DNA of 56,677 nucleotides from Octopus bimaculoides (lineage: Eukaryota), in contig NC_068985.1 of NCBI RefSeq assembly GCF_001194135.2, positions 2,427,625 to 2,484,301 on the forward strand. Direction: 5' to 3'. The translations under genes and the position numbers were made by a program. The notes beneath the pieces were generated by a model. The model was not told the DNA's origin. It made no database searches and saw nothing but the letters and a program-made list of their open reading frames with translations. Below are positions 11,400-23,773 of the stretch, in pieces. Numbering within the stretch: the stretch's first letter is position 1; each line of letters starts with the position of its first letter.

Positions 11400-11852
11400 G
11401 TACCAGTGGAGCACTAAGAACACTGTCCAAGCGTGATCATTGCCAGAGCAACTGTCTGGCTTCCATGCCAGTAGCATGTAAATAGCACCATTTGAGCGTG
11501 ATCATTACCAGTGTTGTCATACTGGCACTTGTGCCAGTGGCATGTGAAAAAACATTCGAGTGAGTTCGTTGCCAGTACTGCTGGACTAGCCCCTGTGCAG
11601 GTGGCATGTAAAATACACCATTTTGAGTGTGGCCATTGCCAGTACCGCCTGACTGGCCTTCGTGCCGGTGGCATGTAGAAAGCACCCACTACACTCTCAG
11701 AGTGGTTGGTGTTAGGAAGGGCATCCAGCTGTAGAAACCTTGCCAGATCAGATTGGAGCCTGTTGTAGCCATCTGGTTCACCAGTCCTCAGTCAAATCGT
11801 CCAACCCATGCCAGCATGGAAAGCAGACGTTAAACGATGATGATGATGATGA
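11400..11852 (+). mobile_element. Family A element with four ~65-bp internal tandem units
   Basis: gatcattgccag-type anchors at ~11435, 11500, 11564 and 11632, then the aggaagggcatccagctgtag core and a (gat)n tail. Confidence 0.9.
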
Positions 11853-12364
11853 TGGAAGAAAGAAGAGAAGCTAGAAAAGCTGCCCTTTGCAAGGCTAGAC
11901 CATATTTTCACGTGTCTCCATGGATAGGGACAGATCTCTGTAAACAAGTATTCTTATATGATTAAATAAAACGCTGCTTCATACAATAAATGCCACTATT
12001 TTATATAATAAATGCCACATGATATCGTGCTATACAGATGAATTTTGCTGTAAATATTTAAAAGGGGGCCTTATACACAAAATGTGATAAACATGTTCAA
12101 AATAAGCAGAATACAGTTCTGGTCTCTGGAACATTCTGTCGATGGAACTGAATATTGTTTGTTTTAAAATAAATGTCATATGTTTTAAATGTCAGAGCAT
12201 ACGGGGTTTATAAATAGCACGGAAAATAGACAGAAATAGTGTAAAATTATATTAGTTGCACAAATTAAATTTACACTCTCTGGAGTTGTTAAATTGAAAT
12301 GCAGGTACTAAACTTAGTTCAGTTCAATCAGCAGAAATTAGCTTTTGTAGTCAGAGAATGTTAG

Positions 12365-12389
12365 TATACACACACGTACACACACATGT

Positions 12390-12420
<31 letters not shown>

Positions 12421-12745
12421 CATACACTCATGTAGACACACGTACACATACGTACACACACACATGTAGACACAAATACACATACTTACATACACACATG
12501 CACACGTATGCACACACATACACACTCACACACACACACACATGTACACACACACATATTAACGCACACATACATACACACACATGTACTCACGCACATA
12601 CATACACACACACATACACACACATATATTAACACACATACACACACACACACACGTACATACACATGCACACACATGTACACACACACACACATGCACA
12701 CACACGCACATACACATGTATACACATTCACACACATACACACAA
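12365..12745. repeat. (CA)n-rich microsatellite
   Basis: Visible imperfect dinucleotide array. Confidence 0.95.
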
Positions 12746-13725
12746 TAAAGTTATATCGTAGTGTATAATCTCATAATCCACTGCTTCATGTCTTTGTACT
12801 TGCATCTTTAAAAAACAAAATATCAGTTTGGCAGAAGCCATCACCTTCCCAGAGTTCATTGCTTCAAGCAAATAAAATATTTTGTCCCTTTAATTTTACT
12901 GCCATTGCACACAACATTTGCTCCCTTGGGGTACAGCTCGGTGGAGCTGTAGATTGACAGTTCCGTGTGACATGCTTGGTGTTGGTGATACACCATACTG
13001 CTGGACACTTGATATGAACCAGCGCATGGACTTCTACCGGCAGCAAAAGTACCCTCCCGGGCCAGCAAATCTATAACTCTGCAAAGTGATAGAGATGCAC
13101 TTAAATGATAGGAACGCCCACACAGGGACGCACAGACAGAGTTTTTAATTCAACAAAGGAATATGCGCACTGATAAAGACTATATTCCTAATGGTATTGT
13201 GTTATACTTGAAAGATATCCACTTGTTTTCTGGGCAGCCGAAATCTTTGATAAATATGCCACAACCCATCTTTTCTCACAGAATGTCTTCATTTTGCTTT
13301 TGTTCTCTTCTCAAACTATTCTCAATGGAGACTTGTACCCACACCTCTACACGTCACTGATAAGATCTGGTCACTTGCAAAAGAACATTTCTTATATTCA
13401 ATAATGTTGCTTTTTCACCACTCATTGACCTTCTATCTCTCTCACTAATGCACACACTGTTTCTCTCTGTTTCTTTCATGCTCCCTCTCTATCTATCTCT
13501 TTCTTTCTCTTTCTCTCTCTCTCTCTCTCGCTTTCTTTATTTCTCTCCCTTTGAACATGCTAACGTTACTTTCCTAACCACTCTAAGACAACCAACCCCA
13601 CAGTCAAGCGAGACTATTGATGAGACAAAGCTCTTTGTTGAGTACCAGACTGATGTTGCAGATAAGGCTATGGTTTCATTACATCACGTATACACACACA
13701 CACACACACACACACACATGCATAC

Positions 13726-13775
<50 letters not shown>

Positions 13776-15402
13776 TCTTACTCTATTCTTCACAGCTGAT
13801 AACAGAACATTTCCAGTCAGTTTTCCTTTCAGGTTCTGTGATTATCAAACTCAGCTTGAGAAATTCTCCAAACAAATAAACAAGCAAAGAAAACAGAATC
13901 AGGAAAACCATATCGAGGCTTCAAGAATTGCTGTATCTTTGCTCAAGTGCGAACACAGATAGAAGATAGAAAATTATAATTAAAACATGCTGGTCACATT
14001 TCTATTTTTAGTGCCTCTAGGCAAGAGACATAAGTCTATAAAAACCTCAGTCCACCTGGTTAACAACAAATTCCAATCCTATTTCACCGTTTAAATCAGT
14101 CCTGGTCGAGTAGACCTCTGTTTAATTATTACACTAAGCCTTTTCCTTGCAATGTTTTAGCTTTTAAGATGAAGCCAACTTAGTGGGTGGGAAGGCAGGC
14201 CATTTACTGCCTCTTCAGTTTAGCTAGCTTCCAACCTCAAGTGAGTACACTTTGTACTTGCTTCTGTGAGGTGGTCCTTCAATCCATTACCTTTGTAATT
14301 TACTGTTAACAAAAGCCGGGATGTGTGGGGTTCAGTTACTCAAAAAATGAAAAATGCAATAAATACTACAAAACATACATGTAGGACAGACACAGAAGGA
14401 CCGTGATACTTCATCAATTATCAACTGTAAAATGATAATACCTAGCTTCATGCCTTTGACGATAAGACTAAGAACTTCATATATCAGCAGCACCTGTGAG
14501 TTTTGCGTAGAACTAGGGCTTGAGCAAACAAGACAATACAAGGTGGACATATGAAATTAATCAAAAGTAATTAGAGACGATAGACGAAGACAATAAATAA
14601 AGCCTTTCGGCCAAACACTAGGTTGATGGTTAATGCCTGGAAGAAACCTTCAAACGGATATAAAAAGAGAAATAGTAAAATAGGAGAAAAAGTTGACCAT
14701 CACGGTAGGTGTCCAGTGGTGAAATTACCTTTGTAATTTAGTTGGACTTGTCAGGTATACACTCAACTACCATAGCTAGAGAACAACCATGGCCCTAAAT
14801 GCACCCCTCTGAGGTACTGAAGTAGAATTTTGCAATTTGGATGACGACAAGAAAGAATGGTGCAATCAAGATAGAATTAGAAGTGCACTGTGACCAGTGA
14901 TGTATAACAACATCTGATGGTCTGGTTGAACTTGTGATAAGACTTTTAATGTTGTTCTAAATGCTGTCAAAATACTGATCAAATATAACATGCAAACACC
15001 AAAATTTTACGAAACACCCAATCAAAACAGTCACAGAGAAAATGATGAAGATCCTTAAAAACAGAAAAAAAACAAGTTTTCTGGGTCATTTAAGGCCTTA
15101 GATTATTGTTTCCAAGTGTAGCCCCCACTTTTTCCCCCCTTTTCCTTCAAAAAGATGCTGAGCAACCAGTGGAAGACTTTGTACTGAGTCACATCCTTTT
15201 AATTAATGTTACATTAGAAACGTGCATTAAATATTAAATGTCCAAATATGAATGTTAATAAGATGATAATTATGGAGAAATGACATTATTTAATATTTAC
15301 ATTTCTCAGATGTTTTGTGAGATCAGTGAATGACTTGAAATATGGAGTGAAGGGATCCATTTCAAGAAATTTTATCAACTCTTGTAATTCTTCTAATAAT
15401 AA

Positions 15403-15433
<31 letters not shown>

Positions 15434-16399
15434 AGTGAATTATGATGATGATGTTAGTTTATCTCAAGTCAGCTCTGATCAAGTAGATCTTTGATCAAAC
15501 ACATTCCAACTGTGACCATCCCCTATTATTTTTCAGATCTGCTGAAAAAACCCGAACCATATCATTTGTGTCTTTTTAAAGAAGCCGAGAGTGATTTGAG
15601 GAGATTCATCTACTACTTCTAGCAGGTCAGTTGACTATATACAAGCTTCCTCCTTGATCTTAATAATATGTGCTTCTTCAAGTGTGGTGTTAATTTAAGA
15701 GTTCTCTTTAAAACACATGGCTGGTTACGCATTGGTTATTTTTAACTTTACAAGTCTTTCATTGGTAGATTGTCTGGCAAACCTTTTCATGTTCTCCTGA
15801 CATTGGTACAGAATGGTAAGGTAGTTTGATGTGATGCATTCCTTCCCTTACTACTACCATGGTATGCAAGTTTTAAATCCAAAAGTGGATTAAATATCTG
15901 AGACTGGTTGGTGTTCATACGATTTCCATTTTCCAGACTACTAAACTCGTTGTATGAATGATATTTTTCAATATTTGATATGGTGTAGATGTAAAAATAT
16001 GTTTCGTCTCTGAAGATGAGGTTAATAGCGCAAATAATTATAGTTTTATATATTAAATATAGAATATATTATAAAGATGTATCGTAGCTCTCCAGTGAAG
16101 TATGAAGTAGAGATTTACAAACGACTATCATAAAATACATCATCTTGATCCAAATAAAAAACTATTTTTTGTCAGACACAAAATAACAGAAACGTTGTGA
16201 ATACAATGACGTTCAAAAGTAAATACTTTAACCCTTTCACTGGAAAATTAAATTTTATCGTTATTCCAGTAACGAGGATAGTTATCGACCGAAAACTAGA
16301 ATTGGTATTTTTTGCAAGTCACATTGCCTCAATAAACTTGACATTTTCCAATAGTTTCAAACATGACATTCCTCAAAATAAGAGAGAATATATAGTATA

Positions 16400-16657
16400 G
16401 ACTGGCTCCCATGCTGGTGGCATGCAAAAAGCACCACCTGATCATGGTCGATGCCAGCCCCTTCTGGCCCCTGTGCCAGTGGCATGTAAAAAGCACCAAC
16501 TACACTCATGGAGTGGATGGCGTTAGGAAGGGCATCCAGCTGTAGAAACACCTCCAGATCAGACTGGAGCCTGGTGCAGCCTCCTGGCTTCCCAGACCCC
16601 AGTCGAACCGTTCAGCCCATGCCAGCATGGAAAACGGACGTTAAACGATGATGATGT
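16400..16657 (+). mobile_element. Family A element
   Basis: Well-preserved core and aaacgatgatgatg tail. Confidence 0.9.
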
Positions 16658-16879
16658 ATAATTCTCCATTCTTCTTTTTGATGTCTTCATTCTATCCTCT
16701 GTATGTTGTATGAAATGAAATGAAGAGGAGTCAGGGTTTACCTATCAAGTGAAGTACTGATTAATTGTTTATCTTAAGTGGTTTTGTATGGCCCCTGTCA
16801 TTTCATGTGGTTAATCAGATCTGGATTATATCAGAGTGTTAATAAGGTACCTATTCCCAAGTCCCTAATCCTTTATATT

Positions 16880-16988
16880 TTGTATGTGTGTGTGTGAGCT
16901 TGTGTGTGTGTGTGTGTGTATGTGTGCGTGTGTGCGCTTGTATGCGTGTGTGTGTGTGTAGACAGATACACATACATGCATGTACATG

Positions 16989-17035
<47 letters not shown>

Positions 17036-17165
17036 GTATGTATGTGTGAGTGTGTGCATGTATGTGCATGTTTGTGTGTTAATGTGTGTATATGCATGTG
17101 TACGTGCATGAGTATACATGTACTGTGTGGGGGGTGTATGAATGTGTGTGGTGGGGTGTATATAT
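16880..17165. repeat. (TG)n/(TA)n microsatellite
   Basis: Visible dinucleotide array. Confidence 0.9.
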
Positions 17166-18120
17166 GTACTGCAATTTGATATTAAAGCTGAGATAAAAAC
17201 TCAAAGTCTGCTCAGAAGTGTGAATATCAAAACATGATGGCCTTTTGAACTGTTTCCATCTCATGCAAGAACTGGTAACCTTTTCTAGGATGTGTATCGA
17301 AATTGATGATAATTCTCCAAGCAATTTCACCAATGTTGGCATTTAGTCCAAGATTAACACTGGTTAAGTAGATTTAAAACCAAATTGTCATAAAATCACT
17401 TCATTTAGTGTATTTATGGCTACGCTGTCTCAAGTGTGTTTCCTTATGAAGAGGATAAAGTGTGATCTGAGGGTGATCTGGCTGTTGTTTCAACACATGT
17501 CAAACAACCACGACAAGGTTCCTTCATTCAATCATTGAGTGAAAGTAAGAAGAAACGATGGATGTAAGCAAGCCCCAAGACAATAAAATGAAGAGGAAAA
17601 AGCCTCACTGAGTGGTGCTTTGAAATGGTTCAGCAGAAAATCCAAGAGATGGGAAGAAACCACAGTGTAAAGCAGACAATTTTGCTGAGAGGTTTTAGTG
17701 ACAAACTCAGCTGGGCATTTTGTTCATGCCAAAGATAAAACAATGAGAGATGTTGTTACCATAGCAACATAGGTGGTGCCTCAGGTATTTTCTTTCCCAG
17801 TGTCTTTGAGAAATCTTCTATTTGCTATTCCTGATTTTTTGTCTAAACTGCATTTTTAAAAATATTATTTACAAATAAATGTTTAGATATATATATGTAT
17901 TCATACATACTTTCATACATGCAAGCATACATACAGACACATGTGTGTGTGTGTGTATGAGCATGTGTGTGTGTGTGTGTGTGTGTATGAGCATGTGCAT
18001 ATATGTGTGTGTCTCTGTGTGTATGAGCATGTGCATATGTGTGTGTTTGTGTGTGTGTGTGTGTGTGTATGTGTGTGTCTCTGTGTGTATGAACATGTGC
18101 ATATGTATGTGTTTGTGTAT

Positions 18121-18660
18121 CATCATCATCATCGTTTGACATCTGCTTTGCATGCTGGCATGGGTAAGACACTTTGACTAGAAATGGTAAGCTGAAAAGC
18201 AGCACCAGATTCCAGTCTGATTTGGTTTCTACAGCTGGATGCCCTTCCTAATGCCAACCACTCTGAGAGTGTAGTGGGTGCCTTTTTACGTGTCACCGGC
18301 ACGGGTGCCATTAACCTGACACTGGCATCAGACATGACTATAGTCTCACTTGGCTTGACAAGTCAACACAAGCACAACATATCACCAAGGGTCTCTGTGA
18401 CTTGTCATCACTTCTGTGAGGCCCAACATTCGAAGATCATGCTTCAACACCTTGTCCCATGTCTTCCTGGGTCTACCCCTTCCACAGTAAGAGGTTATAT
18501 GTGTGCATGTGAGGTCTCAGCTGTCCTAATCTGGGTTCTCCTAGGGTTCTAGTATAGTGCATGTGTGGTCTGTTGTGATATGACTTGAGATATATGTTGC
18601 TTCAGCCTAGTATTAGGGACCAATGCAACCACATATTTACAAACCCCAGGAACTCTCTTC
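18121..18660 (-). mobile_element. 3' end of an RTE-clade LINE: ORF2 C-terminus followed by the family A sequence as 3' UTR
   Basis: Minus strand GRPRKTWDKVLKHDLRMLGLTEVMTSHRDPW (RTE C-terminal GRPRKTW motif) runs directly into the family A core and (gat)n tail. Confidence 0.85.
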
Positions 18661-18759
18661 ACTCAAAAACTCTCGTCGCTTTCTTAGGGACTGGTTTAAA
18701 CTCTCTCAGGGACTGGTTTAAACTCTCTCAGGAAGAACTTAGATAAAGCTCAACAAAAA

Positions 18760-19200
18760 TCATACACACGCACACATACATATATGCATATATACATACA
18801 CACACACACAATACATACATGCATACACGCATACATACATGCATACATACATATGCGTGTGTGTACATATATTATATATTATTTATATATTTATATATTA
18901 TATCAGGTTGGTCTTACGAACCATTCAGCTGAGGATGATGGGAATAGTATTGAGGGTGGCTAAAGTATGAAATCGAGACAGGTAGAGATGTCTTGCTGAA
19001 GAGGAGATACCTAACTTAGATAAAACTCAAAAATCATACATATACACCTACATACATACACACAAACACACACATATGCATATACGCACAATACATACAT
19101 GCATACACACACACACACACATACATATATGCATACACGCACAATACATACATGCATACACACAAACACACTCACATACACACACATGTACATTCATTAC
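18760..19200. repeat. (CA)/(CATA)/(TA) microsatellites
   Basis: Visible arrays. Confidence 0.85.
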
Positions 19201-20355
19201 ATAGATTTCATTTTTCTAAGAGGTTTTTTTGTGTCAAACTTAGTTTGTTGTTGTGTTGTTACCATAGTAACACAGCTGATGTTTCAGCTACGTTAACATA
19301 GTGAATAACTTTGCGGAGTTGGAAGCAAATAAAAGAAACACTTGGCCACCTGAAACTATGATAGTTTCTCTTATACAGCTTATATCCTTGGCAAAGCATG
19401 AATGGTACACTTAGCACTTCGTTAGATTATAGAACCTTCATAGAAATCAAAAGAAAATTCTATGTTTTAGGATCTGAGAATGACAAATAAAATCAGATGC
19501 TTATATATTCGAAATCAGAGGGTTGATAAAAGAACAAACTCTGTTGAATTTTGGGGAGATAGAAAATGGAGCTATGACATCTTTCCTGAAAGCAAACAAA
19601 ATAAATATGAATGGAATTTGACATTGAAACAGAGACACTAGAATTCAAGAAACCAAAAACCAATCTTGATTTTACAGGAAATTTTATATTATATACCTTT
19701 ACGGTGTTACAAAGTCTGAGAATTTTAGGACAGAATAAATGGGAAATTATAACATTCACACATTTCCCAATTCCAAGATGATGTGAAATTGTTGCCTAAA
19801 GGAATCAAAATCCGACCACACACAAGTGATTCACAATAAACTTACCTCCAGAATTCAATAGTCAAAGGTTTTGTTGTGCTTTTTCCAAAAGAGAACAGAA
19901 AAGAAAATACAGTATTTTTATGACAAGTTTTTTTTCTTTTTTATTTTAGTTGCACACATTTATTTGATATTAAGACAAGACCGAATCAATATACATTTTC
20001 ATACTATAAAAAGTCAAATCATTAGAATAACAGATTAAACAATATCAATAAGGTTAACAAAACACAGACAGCCTCACTTCAATGTGGCTAGTGGGAGAAA
20101 AAGCATTAATATTGAAACGAAATAAAAACAAAGCTTTGTTTATCAACTAAACATTCCTTAAATGATAAACAAACACTCTGGCTGGTGATTGTTTATCCAG
20201 ATGTCTAAATATGGTTAAACCCTCAATCAAACTTTTATTGCCAAAAGATCAATTTTATCAAGAGGATAAAAAGAGAGGGCATGGGGATGAACTGTGAAGG
20301 AATTATTGGAAAATATAATAAGCATTTAGTATTCTTTTAATGTTGTTAATCTCTA

Positions 20356-20672
20356 ATTATTTCTTGTAAATGTAGTCTTTGCCAAAGACAACGTGGGTGA
20401 GACAGATTTGAAAATTCATATATTTTGCATTAATTATCGTGGGTATGTTGTAGTTCGTTACCAGAATTTCAGCTCGAGTTGAGTGGGCTCTTGATCAACG
20501 ACATCATTTCACTTTAATTAGGCAGAAACCAGCAGATCTTCACCCTTTCTCTTTTAAGTACAATAAAGATGGTACACAACAGATCTTTCTGGCTCAATAA
20601 TTCAGTCTGCCTCAACAACCCTCCTTCTTTTATTATAAAATTAGATCCTATTATCAATATATTTCCACAAGA

Positions 20673-20707
<35 letters not shown>

Positions 20708-21358
20708 TATGGACGGTGGGGGAAGGGGTGGGGCAGTAGCTATTGTAGGCTGACTCACTGTGAGTATGTGTCCAACAATGCTATCCCCCCACCCCCACAC
20801 GGTGGATGTTAGTTGTACTGTGAGAGTGCAGATGGCTTTTACTAGCAATGCATTACGCTCATCGCTGAATGCCATCAAGATGGATGCCTATGGTCTAATC
20901 CTTTATGAAATCATACCACCGTATCATTAATTCCTATTTCACCACCATCAAATGGTGAAATGACTTTGCATTTCATCAATGAAGGCAAACAGATCTTCAT
21001 GCTTCTCTTTTGAGTACAATAAAGGTGGTGCACAACCGAATGAAGGCAAACCTGTTATGGTTTCAATTCAGAACAGGGAATTCAATGACTCAGTTCCTGT
21101 GAAATATTTAATCAGTGGTTTTGCAGTCTCAGCCCTTGCCACAGTAAATAAATGATACTCTACCAAGTTTGGAATTATTTTGTTTACAGTAGCAACTATC
21201 AAAAGTCAGGATTATTTCTTGTAAATATATTCTTTACCAAAGACAACGTGGGTGAGACAGATGTGAAAATTCAAATATTTTGCATTAATTATTGTTGGTA
21301 TGTTGTAGTTCGTTACCAGAATTTCAGCTTGAGTTGAGTGGGCTCTTGATCAACGACA
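20356..21358. repeat. 148-bp direct repeat pair (20356-20503, 21211-21358) flanking ~707 bp
   Basis: attatttcttgtaaat...ggctcttgatcaacgaca occurs twice with few mismatches. Confidence 0.9.
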
Positions 21359-21425
21359 GTCCAGTTGTGACCATCCCATCCAGTTTTTCAGATATATTGC
21401 AACAAAATTAATCTAACTTTGATAG

Positions 21426-21845
21426 TTACTCTTTTACTCTTTTACTTGTTTCAGTCATTTGAATGCAGCCATGCTGGAGCACCGCCTTTAGTCGAGCAAA
21501 TCGACCCCAGGACTTATTTTTTGTAAGCCTAATACTTATTCTATCGGTCTCTTTTGTCGAACCGCTAAGTTACGGGGACGTAAACACACCAGCATCGGTT
21601 ATCAAGTGATGTGGGGGGGGGGGAGACAAACACACACACAAACACATACACACATATATATATATATATATATACATATATACGACAGGCTTCTTTCAGT
21701 TTTGGTCTACCAAATCCACTCACAAGGCTTTGGTCGGCCCAAGGCTATAGTAGAAGACACTTGCCCAAGGTGCCACGCAGTGGGACTGAACCCAGAACCA
21801 TGTGGTTGGTAAGCAAGCTACTTATCACACAGCCACTCCTGCACC
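21426..21845 (-). mobile_element. tRNA-derived CORE-type SINE (family B), near full length
   Basis: Minus strand has ggagtggctgtgtg... A box, ggttcagtccca B box, the CORE-like gcaccttgggcaagtgtcttctactatagcc, an internal (TA/TG)n and an (aagagt)n-like tail. Confidence 0.9.
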
Positions 21846-22604
21846 TTGTTATTTTAGGTTTGATGTTGGCTCTTATGTAACAATTTCAGTTCATTTGCCA
21901 CTGTTAAGTCATGTCTATGAGTAGAGTTAAGTTTGGTTGTCTGAACCCAAAATGGTTAAAAGGATTCCTGTCCCTTTTATTCCCAATGTTAGTTTCCATC
22001 AAAGAATAAGGTCTGCTCCATCTCTTAATGACATCAAGAGCATTTCTGGCAAGAGATTTTTTGTTGTATTCCTGGAATATACTTGGTATCTCTTTTATCC
22101 GCTGCTGTTGTTGCATTACCTTTTAGAATTGTTAATTCCCTTCAGCTGGCTGGTGTCATATTGCACGAAAGAAGACAGAAACCATTTCTCTAACAAAATA
22201 CTGAAATGATTTAAAAATTTTATGGAATTAAAAAAAAGTTCAAATATTAATATATTGTAGGAAAATCTGAATTTGTATTAAGTCCACATGTCAGTTTGGC
22301 TTTGAGAACTGAATGTGGTACTTAATATAAGATTTAGGATGGAAACGTAATGAAATGTGGTGAGAAAGAGAGTGAAGAAGATTGAGCAAGTAGAATGGAG
22401 ATATCGGTGTAAGAAGAATGTTGTGAATAGCAGAATCTATAGAGGAGTTTCTAAACAATGGATTGAATTAAAGAATAGAGAATGGTAATGGAACAGACTT
22501 TGAGGGAATGGTTTGGCTAGAATCAGGCTTTCATTTTAAAGATGACCTTCAATGTCAGGAATAGGAAGTGCACCATTCCAAATTTGAAAAGTGGTGTTCC
22601 ATAA

Positions 22605-23462
22605 ATTGAGTGTGTGGAGGTCTTTATACATGATCAGCAGTGTGGCTGTTTGCTTCCTGACTATATGGTTCCAGGTTCAATTCCACTATGTGGTGCCTCA
22701 GAGCAAGTGTTTTCTATTATCACAGGCGAACCAAAGCCTTCCAAGTGGATTTGGTAGACAGAAACTGAAATAAGCCTGTCACAGTGGTGCTCCAGCATGA
22801 CCACAGCTGCATGGCTGAAACGAATAAAAGAATAAAGGAATATATATCTATGTGTGTCTTTGTATCTGTGTTCATCCCTCACCACCACTTGACAACCAGT
22901 GTTGGTATGTTTACGTCCCCACAACTTAGAGGTTCGCCAAAAGAGCCCGATAGAATAGGTACCAGGTTTTAAAAAATAACAATAATAATCATCATCATCG
23001 TTATCATCATTGTTTAACGTCCACTTTCCATGCTGGTATGGGTTGGATAGTTTGACTGAGGACTGGTGAGCCAGAAGCTGCTCCAGGTTCAATCTGATCT
23101 GTCAATGTTCCTACAGCTGGATGCCCTTCCTAACGCTAACCACTCTGAGAGTCTAGTGGGTGCTTTTACATGCCACCGGCACGAGGGCCAGTTCGGCGGC
23201 ACTGGCAATGATCACACTAGAATGTTGTTTTTCATGTGCCACCAGCACATGGGTCAGTAAGGTGATGCTGGCAACGATCATGCTTGAATGGTGCTTTTTA
23301 CATGCCACTGGCATGGGAGCCAATCCGTGGCCCTGGCAACGATCACACTCGGATGTGCTTAATAACAAGTACTGGGGTAAATTCATTTGACTAAAAGACT
23401 CTTTAGGGTGGTGCCCCAGCATGGCCATGGTCTAATGAGTGAAACAAATAAAAGAAAGAAGA
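22605..23462 (+). mobile_element. Family B CORE-SINE with a nested family A element (22990-23360, minus)
   Basis: Head 22605-22780, body 22845-22980, tail resumes 23365-23462 after the oppositely oriented family A copy, which has ~3 internal units. Confidence 0.8.
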
Positions 23463-23610
23463 CAAAAGATTTGCAGCTGATTGTTTCAATAAATTTTGGA
23501 ACAATTAACCAAGAGGGGAAACCGTTTCTGTATTATCTAGAGTTTGTCCCTGTCTCAACAGCATGTCTGCTGTTCTCCATAAAGGTGTAAATAAACATCA
23601 GAAGAGATTT

Positions 23611-23759
23611 TAGAAAATTACTATTTTTAAATCTCACAACAAGAGATATTCAGATCGTGTTGTATAGCCAGCTCGAGACGATGTCTCCTGGGGCTAAATT
23701 ACAGTAACAGTCGTCCTAAACCAGGACTGTTATGTTACGTTGGCAAACAATCTTTACTC
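23611..23759. mobile_element. Unclassified short retroposon insertion with 15-bp TSD
   Basis: catcagaagagattt at 23596-23610 and 23760-23774. A ~65-bp part recurs in reverse complement at 25681-25745. Confidence 0.7.
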
Positions 23760-23773
23760 CATCAGAAGAGATT

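Noticed and set aside
19493-19880. Minus-strand micro-exons (donor GAG|gtaagt at 19845, acceptor at 19585), and ORF 21904-22116
   Set aside because: Single splice-like motifs are expected by chance in 57 kb, and no coherent reading frame or homology links them.
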